In this document: positions 19,994 through 31,954 of the stretch, one piece after another
Layout: each line of letters opens with the position of its first letter
How positions within the stretch are numbered: the first letter of the stretch is position 1
Assembly: GCA_965248435.1 (NCBI GenBank)
Contig: OZ252100.1
Location: 4,672,001 to 4,736,000 of the forward strand
Direction of reading: 5' to 3'
DNA length: 64,000 nt
From: Candidatus Latescibacterota bacterium
GTDB lineage: Bacteria > Latescibacterota > UBA2968 > GCA-2709665
Made by a program: the position numbers and the translations under genes
Notes under the pieces: model-generated
Database searches by the model: none
What the model saw: only the letters and a program-made list of their open reading frames with translations
Told to the model about the DNA's origin: nothing

Positions 19994-21271
19994 TCAGCTC
20001 GGAACTGACATACCGGAAAGCATGTCATCGCTTATTTCGCGACCCACAACGAACTGCTTCCGATCTGCGTACCAGAACGTGCGTTGTCCGTCCCGTTCGG
20101 TGAGGCTGGAGTACATGGCCATCATCGTGAGCGCGGTGACACCTGCCCTGACTCGCTGTGAGTCGAACAAAAGGTTCGGCTGGCTGAACCAGATGGGCTG
20201 GTGGGCGTCGGGCCGAAACTCGCCGACCGCCATCCAGACGGGACGCCTGGCCTCCATATCCCAGGGTCCGGTGTCACCCTGGTCGTGGCCATCCCGATTG
20301 TGATAGAAGAGCAGGTAGCGTCCATCCTGAAGGCGATAGATCGGGTCGGGTGACTTGGTGTGCAGCACCTCGTCGCCTCCGTCCTGATAGCGCAGCACTT
20401 CGGGTTCGCGCCAGCTGTGTCCGTCGTCTTCGGAGACGGTGTACCAGATCCGACCCGTAACCGTGCGCATGTTCATCCACAGCCGGCCGTCGGGAAGCAG
20501 CGCGATGGCCGGTTCCTCTGCCAGGCTGTATCCGCGCGACGCGTCGGGCTCGATCCCGCACGACACGCGGATCGTCCCCTCCTCATCCGGCAGCCAGGTG
20601 ATCTCCAGGTCCTGCGCGTCCGGGCCGTCATCCAGGTTGTCGAATCGCATCAATTCACACTGCGTATCCAGATGACTTCGGTTCCCTCCTAACGGCCTTG
20701 GGTGGGTCATCAGACTGCTCCACCGACTGAAGCCAACGATCGCGCGGTCCTTCGCATCGCGAATCGGCTGCTGCCAGATGATGCACAGCGGGGAAACCTT
20801 TGGGTCCGGGTGGTCGTAGGCCGTGCGTCTGAACGGGATCTCGACACCTGTGTTGACCCAGGTCAAACCATCGTCGTCCGACACCGAGACGTGGAGCGGT
20901 CCCTGCCAATGCCCCAGGTCGCCGATGCCCGGGTGTTGATTGTAAAGGCAGTAGATGCGACCGCTGCGACTGACCAGCGGAAAGCCCAATCCAGGGCAGA
21001 GCTTGGGACCTGACGGTTCGGCGATCGGGAGGCAGGGCGACCAACTGCGACCCCCGTCCGCGCTTCGCGAATAGACCACGCGGAGGTCCGGGGAACCTTC
21101 GTAACTGGCCTGCGTCCAGATGCACATCGTATCACCGCCCGGTGTGGTGAACACGTGGATGTGGTCGGCGTACTCGTCCCGCTGGCCGGGGGACTTCGGC
21201 AGGTAGATGACGTAGTCGGGCTGCGTGCGCCGCCAGTCGTCCGTGTAGCAATCGTGATTCGAGGGATTCAT
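19994..21271 (-). CDS. BNR/Asp-box sialidase-like glycoside hydrolase
   Basis: Asp boxes SADGGRSW, SDDDGLTW, SEDDGHSW. Confidence 0.8.
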   Translation of the reverse strand: MNPSNHDCYTDDWRRTQPDYVIYLPKSPGQRDEYADHIHVFTTPGGDTMCIWTQASYEGSPDLRVVYSRSADGGRSWSPCLPIAEPSGPKLCPGLGFPLVSRSGRIYCLYNQHPGIGDLGHWQGPLHVSVSDDDGLTWVNTGVEIPFRRTAYDHPDPKVSPLCIIWQQPIRDAKDRAIVGFSRWSSLMTHPRPLGGNRSHLDTQCELMRFDNLDDGPDAQDLEITWLPDEEGTIRVSCGIEPDASRGYSLAEEPAIALLPDGRLWMNMRTVTGRIWYTVSEDDGHSWREPEVLRYQDGGDEVLHTKSPDPIYRLQDGRYLLFYHNRDGHDQGDTGPWDMEARRPVWMAVGEFRPDAHQPIWFSQPNLLFDSQRVRAGVTALTMMAMYSSLTERDGQRTFWYADRKQFVVGREISDDMLSGMSVPS

Positions 21272-21441
21272 GAGAGCTGTGACCTCACGCCACGGGTGGA
21301 GCACTTCTCCCGCGGGCAATTACGAAATCGCAGGGAACGCAGGAGGAGCGAGGACCGTCTAACAAATATGGATGAGGATTTCATCTCGTTCTGCGTGTGG
21401 CAATTTACATCGCATAGGAACGGAAACCAAGGAGATACAGG

Positions 21442-21888
21442 ATGAGATGCAAAACAGTACTCGTGAGCTTGATCGCGGGCGTGCTTCTCTTCGGGCTTAT
21501 CTCTGCCGAGGCGCAGCGGGGAAGAGGAAGAGGCGGATTTCCCGGCCGGGGTGGTGGAGATTTTCAGAAGATGCGCACTCAGGCCGAGGCCGTCCGGGCA
21601 TTCCCCGTCGAGATGCTTTGGGCAGGGCTTTCGTTCGGCCTCGACCTCCCCGACAGCCAGCTCGTGCACATCAAGCCGGTGATCGCCGATGCGTGGGCCA
21701 AGCGAAACGGCGTGCTCAAAATCGCGAAGAAGGATGACAGTTGGGAAAGGGCCAGAGAGGTGCTGGAGGAGCTGAAAGAGGATGTGGACGAGAAGCTGGA
21801 GGTCCTTTTGACCAAGGAACAGCAGAAAATGCTGAAAAATTCGATGAAACGCGGTGACTTCAGCTCCGGATTCGGCACGCGCCGATAG
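21442..21888 (+). CDS. Hypothetical exported helical protein with RGG-rich N-terminus
   Basis: Signal peptide ending AEA; QRGRGRGGFPGRGGG; RBS aggag. Confidence 0.7.
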   Translation: MRCKTVLVSLIAGVLLFGLISAEAQRGRGRGGFPGRGGGDFQKMRTQAEAVRAFPVEMLWAGLSFGLDLPDSQLVHIKPVIADAWAKRNGVLKIAKKDDSWERAREVLEELKEDVDEKLEVLLTKEQQKMLKNSMKRGDFSSGFGTRR

Positions 21889-21969
21889 GGCCGAGGTCGG
21901 AGTGTTCAGATTCTCTACGGGGGACTCCTCCGGGTGTCTCCCTGGCTTGGGAAGGGGAAAGGAGGTGCG

Positions 21970-24378
21970 ATGAAGCAGAGGTTATTGTTTTTGCATCTGG
22001 TGTGTTTCGCGGTTTTCACAGCCAACCTCGAAGCGGAAGTGCGCCCCGGCTCGATCCGGGGTTATGTGAAAGACCATTCGAACGGGGAGACCCTGCCCAG
22101 CGCCAGCGTCGTTCTGGACAGCTCGACTGTCGGAACGACCACGGACCAGGCGGGGTATTTTGTTCTCAGCAATCTCACACCTGGGCCGCACGGCATTGCG
22201 GTCAGTTACGTCGGGTATGAAACCAGACGAATCAAGGTAGAGGTTAAGGAGGGCCAGACATCCAAGTATGACGTAGAATTGAACCCGGTTACCCTACAAG
22301 GCGATGAAGTCGTCGCCGAGGGATACCTGTCGCCGACCGAGATTACCTCTGTGGGCAGTTTCGGCATCCGGGTGACAGAACTCGCCCATATTCCAACCGT
22401 GGGTCAGCCAGATCTCCTGCGGGGGATACAGCTTCTTCCAGGTGTGCAGGCCGCGAGCGACAACTCCGCCGGCCTCTACGTTCGGGGGGGCACGCCTGGA
22501 CAAAATCTGATCCTCCTGGACGGCGTCGTGGTCTACAACCCCAATCATCTCTTCGGGTTCTTCAGCACATTCAACCCCGACGCCCTGAAGAACGTCCTGC
22601 TTCTGAAGGGGACGTTTCCCGCACGATACGGAGACAGGCTTTCGAGCGTTCTGGATGTCACCAACCTGGACGGCAACCGCAAATCGTTCACAGCGCGGAC
22701 TTCTATGGACATGATCAGCGCCGGTCTGACCGCAGAGGGCCCGCTGGGCGACCGCGGCTCTTGGATGGTTTCGGGACGCCGAACCTACCAGGAGCTGATC
22801 AACTCACCTCTCTTCAACCACATCGTGGATGACCTGTTCAGCACAAGGACCGGGACGATCACGGCTGCACCCCGTGGAGGGGTTGGTGGTGGGCAGGGAG
22901 TCGGTCCCGGAGGCGGGCGGAGGTTCGGCGGGACCCGATTCAACTTTAGTGACGTCACCAGCAACTTCGACCAGGGGTATAAATTCTACGATACTAATTT
23001 CAAGATCAATCTGGACCCGACGGCTTTAGACAAGGTTTCACTCAGCGGCTATCTGGGGCAGGACAAACTCGATTTGACGCTTCCCTCGTTCCGCGATACC
23101 GAACGCCAGCAGCTTATGGATTGGGGCAACCAGGTCGGGAGCGTGAGGTGGCTTCACCTTTTCACGGATAAGCTCCTGGGCAATGTCCAGCTTTCCGTGA
23201 GTCGGTACACCTCCAACTTCGAGGTGGCCGGAAGCCAGGACGCAACTCGGGGGAGGGGTTTCGGTCTGAACCGCAACAACAGGATGCTGGACTTGACCTT
23301 CAAGACCGACGTGGATTACCACGCAGCTTCCGATCACAGAACTCGGATGGGGGTGCAGGTCACCCGATATGATGCTTCTTACCAGCAGGGCTTTCAAGAC
23401 ACGACCCGGTCAGAGATCAACAATGTGTCCGCATACGGGACAGGCTATTTGGAACACACCTGGCAGACCGGCAGGCTGGAATTCACGCCTGGTGTGCGTT
23501 TGAGCCATTTCGGGAGCGGGAGCTACACCGGTCTCTCCCCCAGAGTGTCGGGCCACTTTTTCGTGAACGACAGACTCAGGCTCAAGGCGGGATGGGGGAT
23601 TTACCATCAGTTCATCAACCTCATCTCCGTAGAAGGGTTTTCCTTCACGACGGACATGTGGCTTCCTGTGGACGAAACCCTGGATCCCGGCAGGGCGGTT
23701 CATAACGCATTCGGGGCTATCTTCACAGCCGAAGACTGGGAGGTCGATACGGAGGTCTATTACAAGGACCTGGAGAACCTGGTCGAATTCCAGTCACAGG
23801 TCCGCCTGGACGAAAGCACGCCCCTCTCTGACCTCTTCCTGCAGGGCACGGGAAGGTCTTACGGCGGCGAACTGCTTATCCGGAAGACGAGTGGAAGCAC
23901 AAAGGGTTGGATCGGCTATACCCTGGGTTGGACACGCCAGACCTTTCCCGACCTCAACGACGGAAAATCGTTTCCGCCCAAGTACGACCGGCGGCACGAC
24001 ATCTCGTTCGTCGCGAATCGCCAGTTACCTGGAAGCTGGAACGTGAATGTCAACTGGGTCTACGGCACGGGACAGGCCTACACCATTCCCGAGTCCCGGT
24101 ACGAGGTCGTCCAGCCCGGCGGCCAGTCGATCTCTTATGTACACGTGTCCGAAAAGAATGCCTACCGGCTCCCCGCATATCATCGTATGGACCTGGGAAT
24201 CACGAAGGATTTTCGATTCGGCGGCGTAGAGAGCCAGTTCGTCATCAGCGTCTTCAACCTGTATAATCGACGAAACATCTGGTACCGCACATACGACGTC
24301 TCGGAAGAGGAGGTCGTGTTTCAGGATGTTCTCCTTCAGCCGATTTTGCCCAGCATTGGATTCAAATTGAAACTGTGA
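21970..24378 (+). CDS. TonB-dependent receptor with carboxypeptidase-regulatory-like N domain
   Basis: LLPGV, VRGG..QNLILLDG, YGDRLSSVL, RLPAYHRMD, VFNLYNRRN. Confidence 0.92.
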   Translation: MKQRLLFLHLVCFAVFTANLEAEVRPGSIRGYVKDHSNGETLPSASVVLDSSTVGTTTDQAGYFVLSNLTPGPHGIAVSYVGYETRRIKVEVKEGQTSKYDVELNPVTLQGDEVVAEGYLSPTEITSVGSFGIRVTELAHIPTVGQPDLLRGIQLLPGVQAASDNSAGLYVRGGTPGQNLILLDGVVVYNPNHLFGFFSTFNPDALKNVLLLKGTFPARYGDRLSSVLDVTNLDGNRKSFTARTSMDMISAGLTAEGPLGDRGSWMVSGRRTYQELINSPLFNHIVDDLFSTRTGTITAAPRGGVGGGQGVGPGGGRRFGGTRFNFSDVTSNFDQGYKFYDTNFKINLDPTALDKVSLSGYLGQDKLDLTLPSFRDTERQQLMDWGNQVGSVRWLHLFTDKLLGNVQLSVSRYTSNFEVAGSQDATRGRGFGLNRNNRMLDLTFKTDVDYHAASDHRTRMGVQVTRYDASYQQGFQDTTRSEINNVSAYGTGYLEHTWQTGRLEFTPGVRLSHFGSGSYTGLSPRVSGHFFVNDRLRLKAGWGIYHQFINLISVEGFSFTTDMWLPVDETLDPGRAVHNAFGAIFTAEDWEVDTEVYYKDLENLVEFQSQVRLDESTPLSDLFLQGTGRSYGGELLIRKTSGSTKGWIGYTLGWTRQTFPDLNDGKSFPPKYDRRHDISFVANRQLPGSWNVNVNWVYGTGQAYTIPESRYEVVQPGGQSISYVHVSEKNAYRLPAYHRMDLGITKDFRFGGVESQFVISVFNLYNRRNIWYRTYDVSEEEVVFQDVLLQPILPSIGFKLKL

Positions 24379-24389
24379 GGTGAAGAACG

Positions 24390-25253
24390 ATGCCGATGAT
24401 TAGAACATGTTTCTTGATCTCCATCGCCGTTGTCTGGTCTGTCGTTATGTCAGGCTGCAGCACCAGCCCGACAGATTCCGTCGTCGATTTCGAGTCCACC
24501 CTTTACGTGGAAGGTTTCCTGCAAGCTGGGAAGCCGGTCGACAGCATCTTTGTTTCAACGACCGCTCCGCTCTATGAAATCTACGACCGGGAACAGAATG
24601 CCGTCCCAGCCGCGAACGTTACGATTCGCGTGGATGGTGAAACGGTCTTGCTGCAGCCGGTCGCCGGGAGTCCGGGCTACTACCACCAGCCGACCCTGAG
24701 CGTGGTATCCGGAAAGACCTACCGGCTTGTCGTGAGCGTGGAAGACGGTGTGGCAGAGGCTGAAACGACCGTTCCGATCGCGCCTGCGATTATCCCGGAG
24801 GCTACCGATCTGACGTTCAACGGGACGCCGTTCAGTGCCACCTGGAGTGGTCCGACCGAGGGTGGATATGTTACGACGAGGAAAGCGGTGTCCCCGGGAG
24901 AGCGCATTCCTATCGAGGCCCTGTTTGGTGGAAGGGGTGGTCCGTTCGGGGGGGGCTTTGGCGGGGGAGAAATCGACACGACCGGATTCGGCGCGCTACG
25001 GGACAGCCTTGCACTGGCCGGACAATGGCAGTACGTCCAGACAGAGAGCGCTACTCTGAACTGGCAGCAGTTTTCCTTCTACGGTACGTATTCCTTCGAG
25101 GTCTTCGCGATCGACGAAAACTATGCCGATTACCTCGTCTCCAGCAGGCAGGACCCCCAGTTCCTGGACGAGCCGAGGTTTCACGTAGAGGGTGGGATCG
25201 GAATCTTTGGGTCCATGGCGGGCTCGCCGGTGACCTTCACCGTCAATCCGTAG
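24390..25253 (+). CDS. DUF4249-like lipoprotein
   Basis: Lipobox MSGC; follows the TBDR; C-terminal VEGGIGIFGS. Confidence 0.75.
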   Translation: MPMIRTCFLISIAVVWSVVMSGCSTSPTDSVVDFESTLYVEGFLQAGKPVDSIFVSTTAPLYEIYDREQNAVPAANVTIRVDGETVLLQPVAGSPGYYHQPTLSVVSGKTYRLVVSVEDGVAEAETTVPIAPAIIPEATDLTFNGTPFSATWSGPTEGGYVTTRKAVSPGERIPIEALFGGRGGPFGGGFGGGEIDTTGFGALRDSLALAGQWQYVQTESATLNWQQFSFYGTYSFEVFAIDENYADYLVSSRQDPQFLDEPRFHVEGGIGIFGSMAGSPVTFTVNP

Positions 25254-25291
25254 GTCCGATCTCGAAGTGCGGATGGCCGAATCGAAGCAAA

Positions 25292-25326
25292 GAATCCCCA
25301 CCGGATCGATCGTCCGGTGGGGATTC
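25292..25326. terminator. Strong hairpin after the TBDR operon (terminator or RNA stabiliser)
   Basis: gaatccccaccgga-7nt-tccggtggggattc; weak U tail. Confidence 0.55.
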
Positions 25327-25459
25327 GCGTTTGGATGCGCAAATGATTCTAGATAGTCAAGGGCGCGAACGCGGCTTGTAGATAAGCCTCTTTGTCCGCT
25401 TCGAGTTGGTGATTGATTTGCTGGTCAGATCGAACTATCGTTCGAGATGGGAACTTCAT

Positions 25460-25843
25460 ATGCTGAGGATCTACACCATCCAGATATCCGTCGCACGGAC
25501 CCTTAAGCTGTTCGAGGATCCGCGTTTTCTGGATGCGACGGTCAAATCGGGAGACAAGACGTTCGCGCCGACCTGGAAGATGGTGATGTCCCACAAAGAG
25601 GGTGAGCTGGGTCCGGACGCGTATACCGAGCAATATTACGAGATGATGCTGAAGAGCTACCGGGAGAAGCGGGGGAGGTGGGACGAACTGCTGGCGATGA
25701 ACGAGGTCATTCTGGCGTGCTACTGCGGGGAGGGCAGCTTCTGCCACCGGTACCTGCTCAAAGATATCCTGGTGAAGTTGGGCGCCGAATATGTCCGCGA
25801 GATAAGATCGGATGCGCCTGTAGACGGCTCGCGATCCGAATAG
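25460..25843 (+). CDS. DUF488-superfamily-like protein
   Basis: FAPTW, Y..QY, LACYC...FCHR motifs. Confidence 0.6.
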   Translation: MLRIYTIQISVARTLKLFEDPRFLDATVKSGDKTFAPTWKMVMSHKEGELGPDAYTEQYYEMMLKSYREKRGRWDELLAMNEVILACYCGEGSFCHRYLLKDILVKLGAEYVREIRSDAPVDGSRSE

Positions 25844-25857
25844 TGCTCGTAGTTCGC

Positions 25858-26355
25858 CTAGCCAACCCGTTGGTATTTCGTAGCCAGATTAGAGATGATT
25901 TGCTGAGCGCTGTCCTGGTCCAGCATGGGTGCCTTTTCCAGAAATCGATCGCGCGCCTTTTCGAGCACCTGCCCCCATTCTAAATCATCCGACTTTTCTA
26001 CGGCTGTGAACAGGATGTTGTCAGCCAGTCTCTCAAGCTCACGCGAGTCGACCTGGTTTCCCCTCACGGGGAAAGTAAACCCGGGTTCGTGATCGAAGGG
26101 GATTTCACGCTTTCCGAGCACGTGCAGCAGCGTGCGGGCTGAAGCCGCGATGTCGAAGAGATGGGCCTCGAGAATCTCGACGTCCTTCTCTTCTTCTCGG
26201 ACGCGTATTGCCTTTTCCCGGACCTTCTTACTCATGATGTAGAGGACCTCGCTTATCTGAAGCGCTGCACGTTTCGCCAGGCGCTGGTAAACGCTGAGAA
26301 TAAGCAGGGCGATGACTGAAGCGAAAAGGACCGCAACTGGCACAGAGATGAACAT
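25858..26355 (-). CDS. Hypothetical membrane-anchored protein
   Basis: RBS gaggaggtg; N-terminal TM helix. Confidence 0.65.
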   Translation of the reverse strand: MFISVPVAVLFASVIALLILSVYQRLAKRAALQISEVLYIMSKKVREKAIRVREEEKDVEILEAHLFDIAASARTLLHVLGKREIPFDHEPGFTFPVRGNQVDSRELERLADNILFTAVEKSDDLEWGQVLEKARDRFLEKAPMLDQDSAQQIISNLATKYQRVG

Positions 26356-26374
26356 GAGATGCACCTCCTCAAAA

Positions 26375-26455
26375 ACAGACGGCGGACGACAGACAGCGGA
26401 CCGCAAGACGAACGGCGCCTAGTTTGGCGGTCCGTGGTCCGCGGTCTGTGGTCGT
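26375..26455. repeat. Inverted array of 7-nt (C/A)GGAC/GGTCCG-type units
   Basis: cagacggcggacgacagacagcggacc ... ggcggtccgtggtccgcggtctgtggtc; related at 36258-36340 and 39262-39347. Confidence 0.7.
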
Positions 26456-26516
26456 ACGTAGCCGCCTGTGCAAACAGAAAAAGGAGAGAGTTGCCTCTCT
26501 CCTTCACTCGCCAGAC

Positions 26517-26729
26517 TTAGATCCTCTGACCTCTGGTCAAATCTCCGTTTTTAAGTCGAAGGGCCACGCTTACCATAATGGCAACATACAACAGCGCAAA
26601 GCCCAGCAAAACACCCCAAAGGGTGGATGTCGAGACGAGTATCAGTCCGAGGCCCACGATGGCGACAACGCTCGCCCCCCTCAGGGCCAGAGATATACTG
26701 CACTTCCAGTCCACTTTTGCCCCCGACAC
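26517..26729 (-). CDS. Small two-TM hypothetical protein
   Basis: 70-aa hydrophobic ORF. Confidence 0.45.
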   Translation of the reverse strand: MSGAKVDWKCSISLALRGASVVAIVGLGLILVSTSTLWGVLLGFALLYVAIMVSVALRLKNGDLTRGQRI

Positions 26730-26873
26730 AAAAATGAATGATGTGACACGTGCTATATATTAAAGGTAAAAGAGAAGGGGATGGACGTGGCCTCCGTCAC
26801 GTTGGAAGTGTGATATAGATCACATAAGAATAAGTCCAAGATTCTTGCGGAGTTGCGATAGAGGAGGGATTAG

Positions 26874-27371
26874 ATGCGAACACTTTATTTGATTCGCCAC
26901 GCAAAATCCAGTTGGAAAGATCCAGGTCTGGATGATTTCGACAGGCCGCTCAACAAACGGGGAGAGAATGACGCCCCGGTCATGGGAAAGCGGCTTGCCG
27001 AACAGGGGATCCGTCCAGGCCTGATGATCACAAGCCCGGCAAAGCGGGCGACCACGACCGCAAGGAGGATTGCGAAAGAGGTGGGATACTCTGAAAAGAA
27101 GATAGAAGAGAATGAAGCGATCTACGGTGGAGGAGTGCGGCAACTTCTGGAGGTGATTCAGGAGATAGACGATTCGAACGATCAGGCGATACTGTTCGGC
27201 CACAACCCGGGATTGACTTCCCTGGCGTTGGAACTATCGGATGCCGAGATCGATAACATTCCGACCTGCGGGATTTTCTGTATCCGGTTCGCGGTCGCCT
27301 CGTGGAAGGAGGTAGATAGCGGCAGAGGAGAAGTCGTTTTTTTTGATTACCCGAAAAAGGAAGCGTCTTAA
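26874..27371 (+). CDS. sixA: SixA-type phosphohistidine phosphatase
   Basis: LIRHAKS, DFDRPL, SPAKRA, GHNP. Confidence 0.88.
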   Translation: MRTLYLIRHAKSSWKDPGLDDFDRPLNKRGENDAPVMGKRLAEQGIRPGLMITSPAKRATTTARRIAKEVGYSEKKIEENEAIYGGGVRQLLEVIQEIDDSNDQAILFGHNPGLTSLALELSDAEIDNIPTCGIFCIRFAVASWKEVDSGRGEVVFFDYPKKEAS

Positions 27372-27485
27372 AAAATTGCGGATTGTGGATTTTCGATTGC
27401 GGAGAGGTAATCACCGCGCAGGCGCAGAGGTCGCGGACGACATGGTTTAACGCTGCGGATACGAAATACGAGATACGATTTCTTA

Positions 27486-28910
27486 TCAGTTGGGGATGCG
27501 CATCGGGACGAAAAAGGTCCGGCGGCCTCTCCGAATGAGTAGCAGGGCGTTGTCGCCTGCCTTCAATTGGCTCATCACATCCTCATACGCCGTCATGTCC
27601 TGTACGGGCCGGCGATTGATTTCCATAATGAGATCATACCGACGAATACCCCTATTGTAAGCCGCTGATCCCCGTTTCACATTCGTGACGACCACGCCGC
27701 TGCCTTCCGGATAACCGAGTCGGCGTGCCAGTTCGCTATCCAGCTCCTGAACGTCCCAACCCAGGGCCTCTTCCTGCCGGGAAACTTCTGCGACGGGTTC
27801 TTCCGCTTCCAATTCTCCCAGCTTGACTCGCATAGTCTTTTGACGGCCCTCGCGACGGATCTTCAGTTTCACCTCGGTACCCGGTGTCTCCTGGGAGATT
27901 CGATTTCGGAGCTCGTAAGCACTGTTCACGGCGTTGCCGTTCACGGCAAGAATCACGTCGCCCCGCTCCAGCCCACCACGGTCCGCAGCGCTGCCTTCCT
28001 GGACACCGGCAACCAAAACGCCTTTGTTGGCCTCGAGGCTCATAGCTTCCGCCATTTCCTGCGTCACATCCTGGATGGACACGCCCAGGAAGCCCCTCTT
28101 TACCTCACCGCCCGAGATGAGTTGGTCCATGATGTTGCGCGCCATGTTCACGGGGATGGCGAACCCGATGCCCTGGTATCCGCCGCTGCGGGTAACGATG
28201 GCCGTGTTGATGCCGACGAGCTCCCCTCTGAGGTTGACCAAGGCGCCGCCGCTGTTTCCGGGATTGATCGCGGCATCGGTCTGAATGAAGTCCTCATAGT
28301 CCGCCAGACCGACCTCCCCCCGTCCTTTGGCACTTACGATGCCGTACGTGACGGTATGCTGAAGCCCGAACGGATTTCCAATGGCGAGTACCCATTGACC
28401 GACTTTAAGCTGGTCAGAGTTACCCATGGCAACGGTCGGCAGATCCTTTCCCTCTACTTTGAGGACGGCGACGTCTGTTTGCTTGTCCGTTCCAATGACC
28501 TCTGCCTCGAATGACCGCTTATCACCGAGTTCAACGCGGATCTTATCCGCGTCCTGGATGACGTGATTGTTGGTCAGGATGTAGCCGTCCCCAGATATGA
28601 TCACGCCGGATCCCAGGCCCTGCTGCCGTTGTTCGCCCCGCTGCTGAGGTACCTGGAAGAAACGCCTGAAAAATGGATCCCTGAACGGGGTCCCGGCGTA
28701 GGGGTCGCGCGCCTTAACGACCCGCTCGCTGAAGATGGTGACAACGCCCGGGCGGGCTTCGGCCGCCACCGCCGCGAAGGCATCGCTGAACTGCTCGAGC
28801 TGATTCAGCGTTTCCTGGGTCTCCAGGGGAATCGCAGCATCGGCGAGAGGGGTGTTCCACGAAGCGTAAAGGCAGAACAGGAGTATCCAAAGGTTACGGT
28901 AGGCCCACAC
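27486..28910 (-). CDS. Do/DegQ (HtrA) serine endoprotease with two PDZ domains
   Basis: TNNHV, DVAV, NPGNSGG; GTG start after aaggag. Confidence 0.93.
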   Translation of the reverse strand: MWAYRNLWILLFCLYASWNTPLADAAIPLETQETLNQLEQFSDAFAAVAAEARPGVVTIFSERVVKARDPYAGTPFRDPFFRRFFQVPQQRGEQRQQGLGSGVIISGDGYILTNNHVIQDADKIRVELGDKRSFEAEVIGTDKQTDVAVLKVEGKDLPTVAMGNSDQLKVGQWVLAIGNPFGLQHTVTYGIVSAKGRGEVGLADYEDFIQTDAAINPGNSGGALVNLRGELVGINTAIVTRSGGYQGIGFAIPVNMARNIMDQLISGGEVKRGFLGVSIQDVTQEMAEAMSLEANKGVLVAGVQEGSAADRGGLERGDVILAVNGNAVNSAYELRNRISQETPGTEVKLKIRREGRQKTMRVKLGELEAEEPVAEVSRQEEALGWDVQELDSELARRLGYPEGSGVVVTNVKRGSAAYNRGIRRYDLIMEINRRPVQDMTAYEDVMSQLKAGDNALLLIRRGRRTFFVPMRIPN

Positions 28911-29278
28911 GGTGAAGCTCCTTTCTTTACAGCGTATTAGAGCGATGCAGCCAGAATATTTCGAGGTGGTGATCCGGCCCGGCTTCATTCGGAATACATA
29001 GTATAAGATCAACATGGCCGACAGAAGTTCCAATCTGCGCAGACAGTCCAAACCAAAACTATTATAACTTATGAATAAACAATATGATATATCTTATCTC
29101 CGGACTAACCTGTTTTGAGGGCCAGCGGTCTCGCCCACCTAAGGGTCTGCGGTGGTGGACCGTGTGGCCGAGGTTAGAATGCGTCATCTCGAAAAAGGGG
29201 CTCGCGACCCTTCAAAAAAGGGACCCCGGATTGAGATTTTCCTTGTTATGAGGCCAGGAATTTGTAAATTGAACCCCG

Positions 29279-29305
29279 TTAGCACTCTAGATCATCGAGT
29301 GCTAA
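29279..29305. promoter_or_regulatory. CIRCE element (HrcA operator)
   Basis: Perfect TTAGCACTC-N9-GAGTGCTAA upstream of groES. Confidence 0.97.
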
Positions 29306-29378
29306 TCCATCCGATGATTGCACTTCTTGTGCCTTCAACCCCATCAGAATACCTAACCCCAATCGCAGGAGGAGGAAG

Positions 29379-29690
29379 ATGGCAAAGAAAAAGTCCACCA
29401 AACAGCAGGTAAAGCCTCTGGCCGACCGGTTGCTGGTCAGACGGCTCGAAGAAGAGGAAGTGGCCAAGGGAGGCATCATTATCCCGGACACAGCGAAGGA
29501 AAAACCTCAGCAGGCTAAGATCATTGCCGTGGGGCCCGGAAAGCGTAGCGATTCCGGAGATCTGATCAAACCTGAAGTGAAGCCGGGTCAGAAGATCCTC
29601 CTGGGGAAATACTCCGGCACCGAAGTGGAGATCGAAGGCGAGGAGTACGTGATCTTGAGAGAGGAAGACGTGCTGGGTATTCTGGAATAG
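29379..29690 (+). CDS. groES: Co-chaperonin GroES
   Basis: KPLADR, GGIIIPDTAKEKPQ, ILREEDVLG. Confidence 0.98.
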   Translation: MAKKKSTKQQVKPLADRLLVRRLEEEEVAKGGIIIPDTAKEKPQQAKIIAVGPGKRSDSGDLIKPEVKPGQKILLGKYSGTEVEIEGEEYVILREEDVLGILE

Positions 29691-31343
<1,653 letters not shown>

Positions 31344-31372
31344 ACTTCAGGCGGGTAATCAACGCCAGAAAG

Positions 31373-31404
31373 AAGGCCGACTGCAATGCGCAGTCGGCCT
31401 TTTT
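31373..31404 (+). terminator. Intrinsic terminator of groESL
   Basis: aggccgactgc-aatgc-gcagtcggcct-tttt. Confidence 0.85.
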
Positions 31405-31474
31405 ATGTCCGGCACCGTGTAGAGTGAGGCCGTCTTTCGTGGATCGTGAAATCCCCCCTGCCCCCCTTTACAAA

Positions 31475-31896
31475 GGCTCTTCACCGAATCTAGGGGAGGG
31501 CAAGAGGAAAAAGTGGCTATCTCTCGTTGCTCCCTAATCTGTTCGCCCCACCCCAGAACCCCAAGCCTCCGGCGGTCTACTTTTCTTGTCTCGCCACAAG
31601 AAAAGTAGACAAAAGAAGGGCGCCGCTCAAACGCCGCGGGGGCTCGGCCGCGGCACCTCACCCTCAGTGGAAAGGACGGTGGCGGCAATCAGGGCGGGAC
31701 TCCTGCCCCGCTTGACGTCCACGATGGGACCGGCCCAGAGGGCCTAACCGCGTGGGAGGTGAAAGAACGAGGTTGCAAGGGAGTCGCACACCGCGGCCCT
31801 GATCACTTTGCATTTCGAGAGTCCCAGGGCCGCCGGCAGGTCAGCGAGTTCTACAATAGAGCATACTACCATAACCCCAACATTTGGCGAAGAACC
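31475..31896. mobile_element. Non-autonomous MITE with ISL3-like ends and 8-bp target duplication TTTACAAA
   Basis: Left end ggctcttcaccgaatctagggg versus reverse complement of right end ggttcttcgccaaatgttgggg (17/22); tttacaaa at 31467-31474 and 31897-31904; no transposase. Confidence 0.8.
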
Positions 31897-31954
31897 TTTA
31901 CAAAGGGGGGACGTTACTCTGGGTGAAAGGGTTTTCCGTTCAGAGGACTGATTC

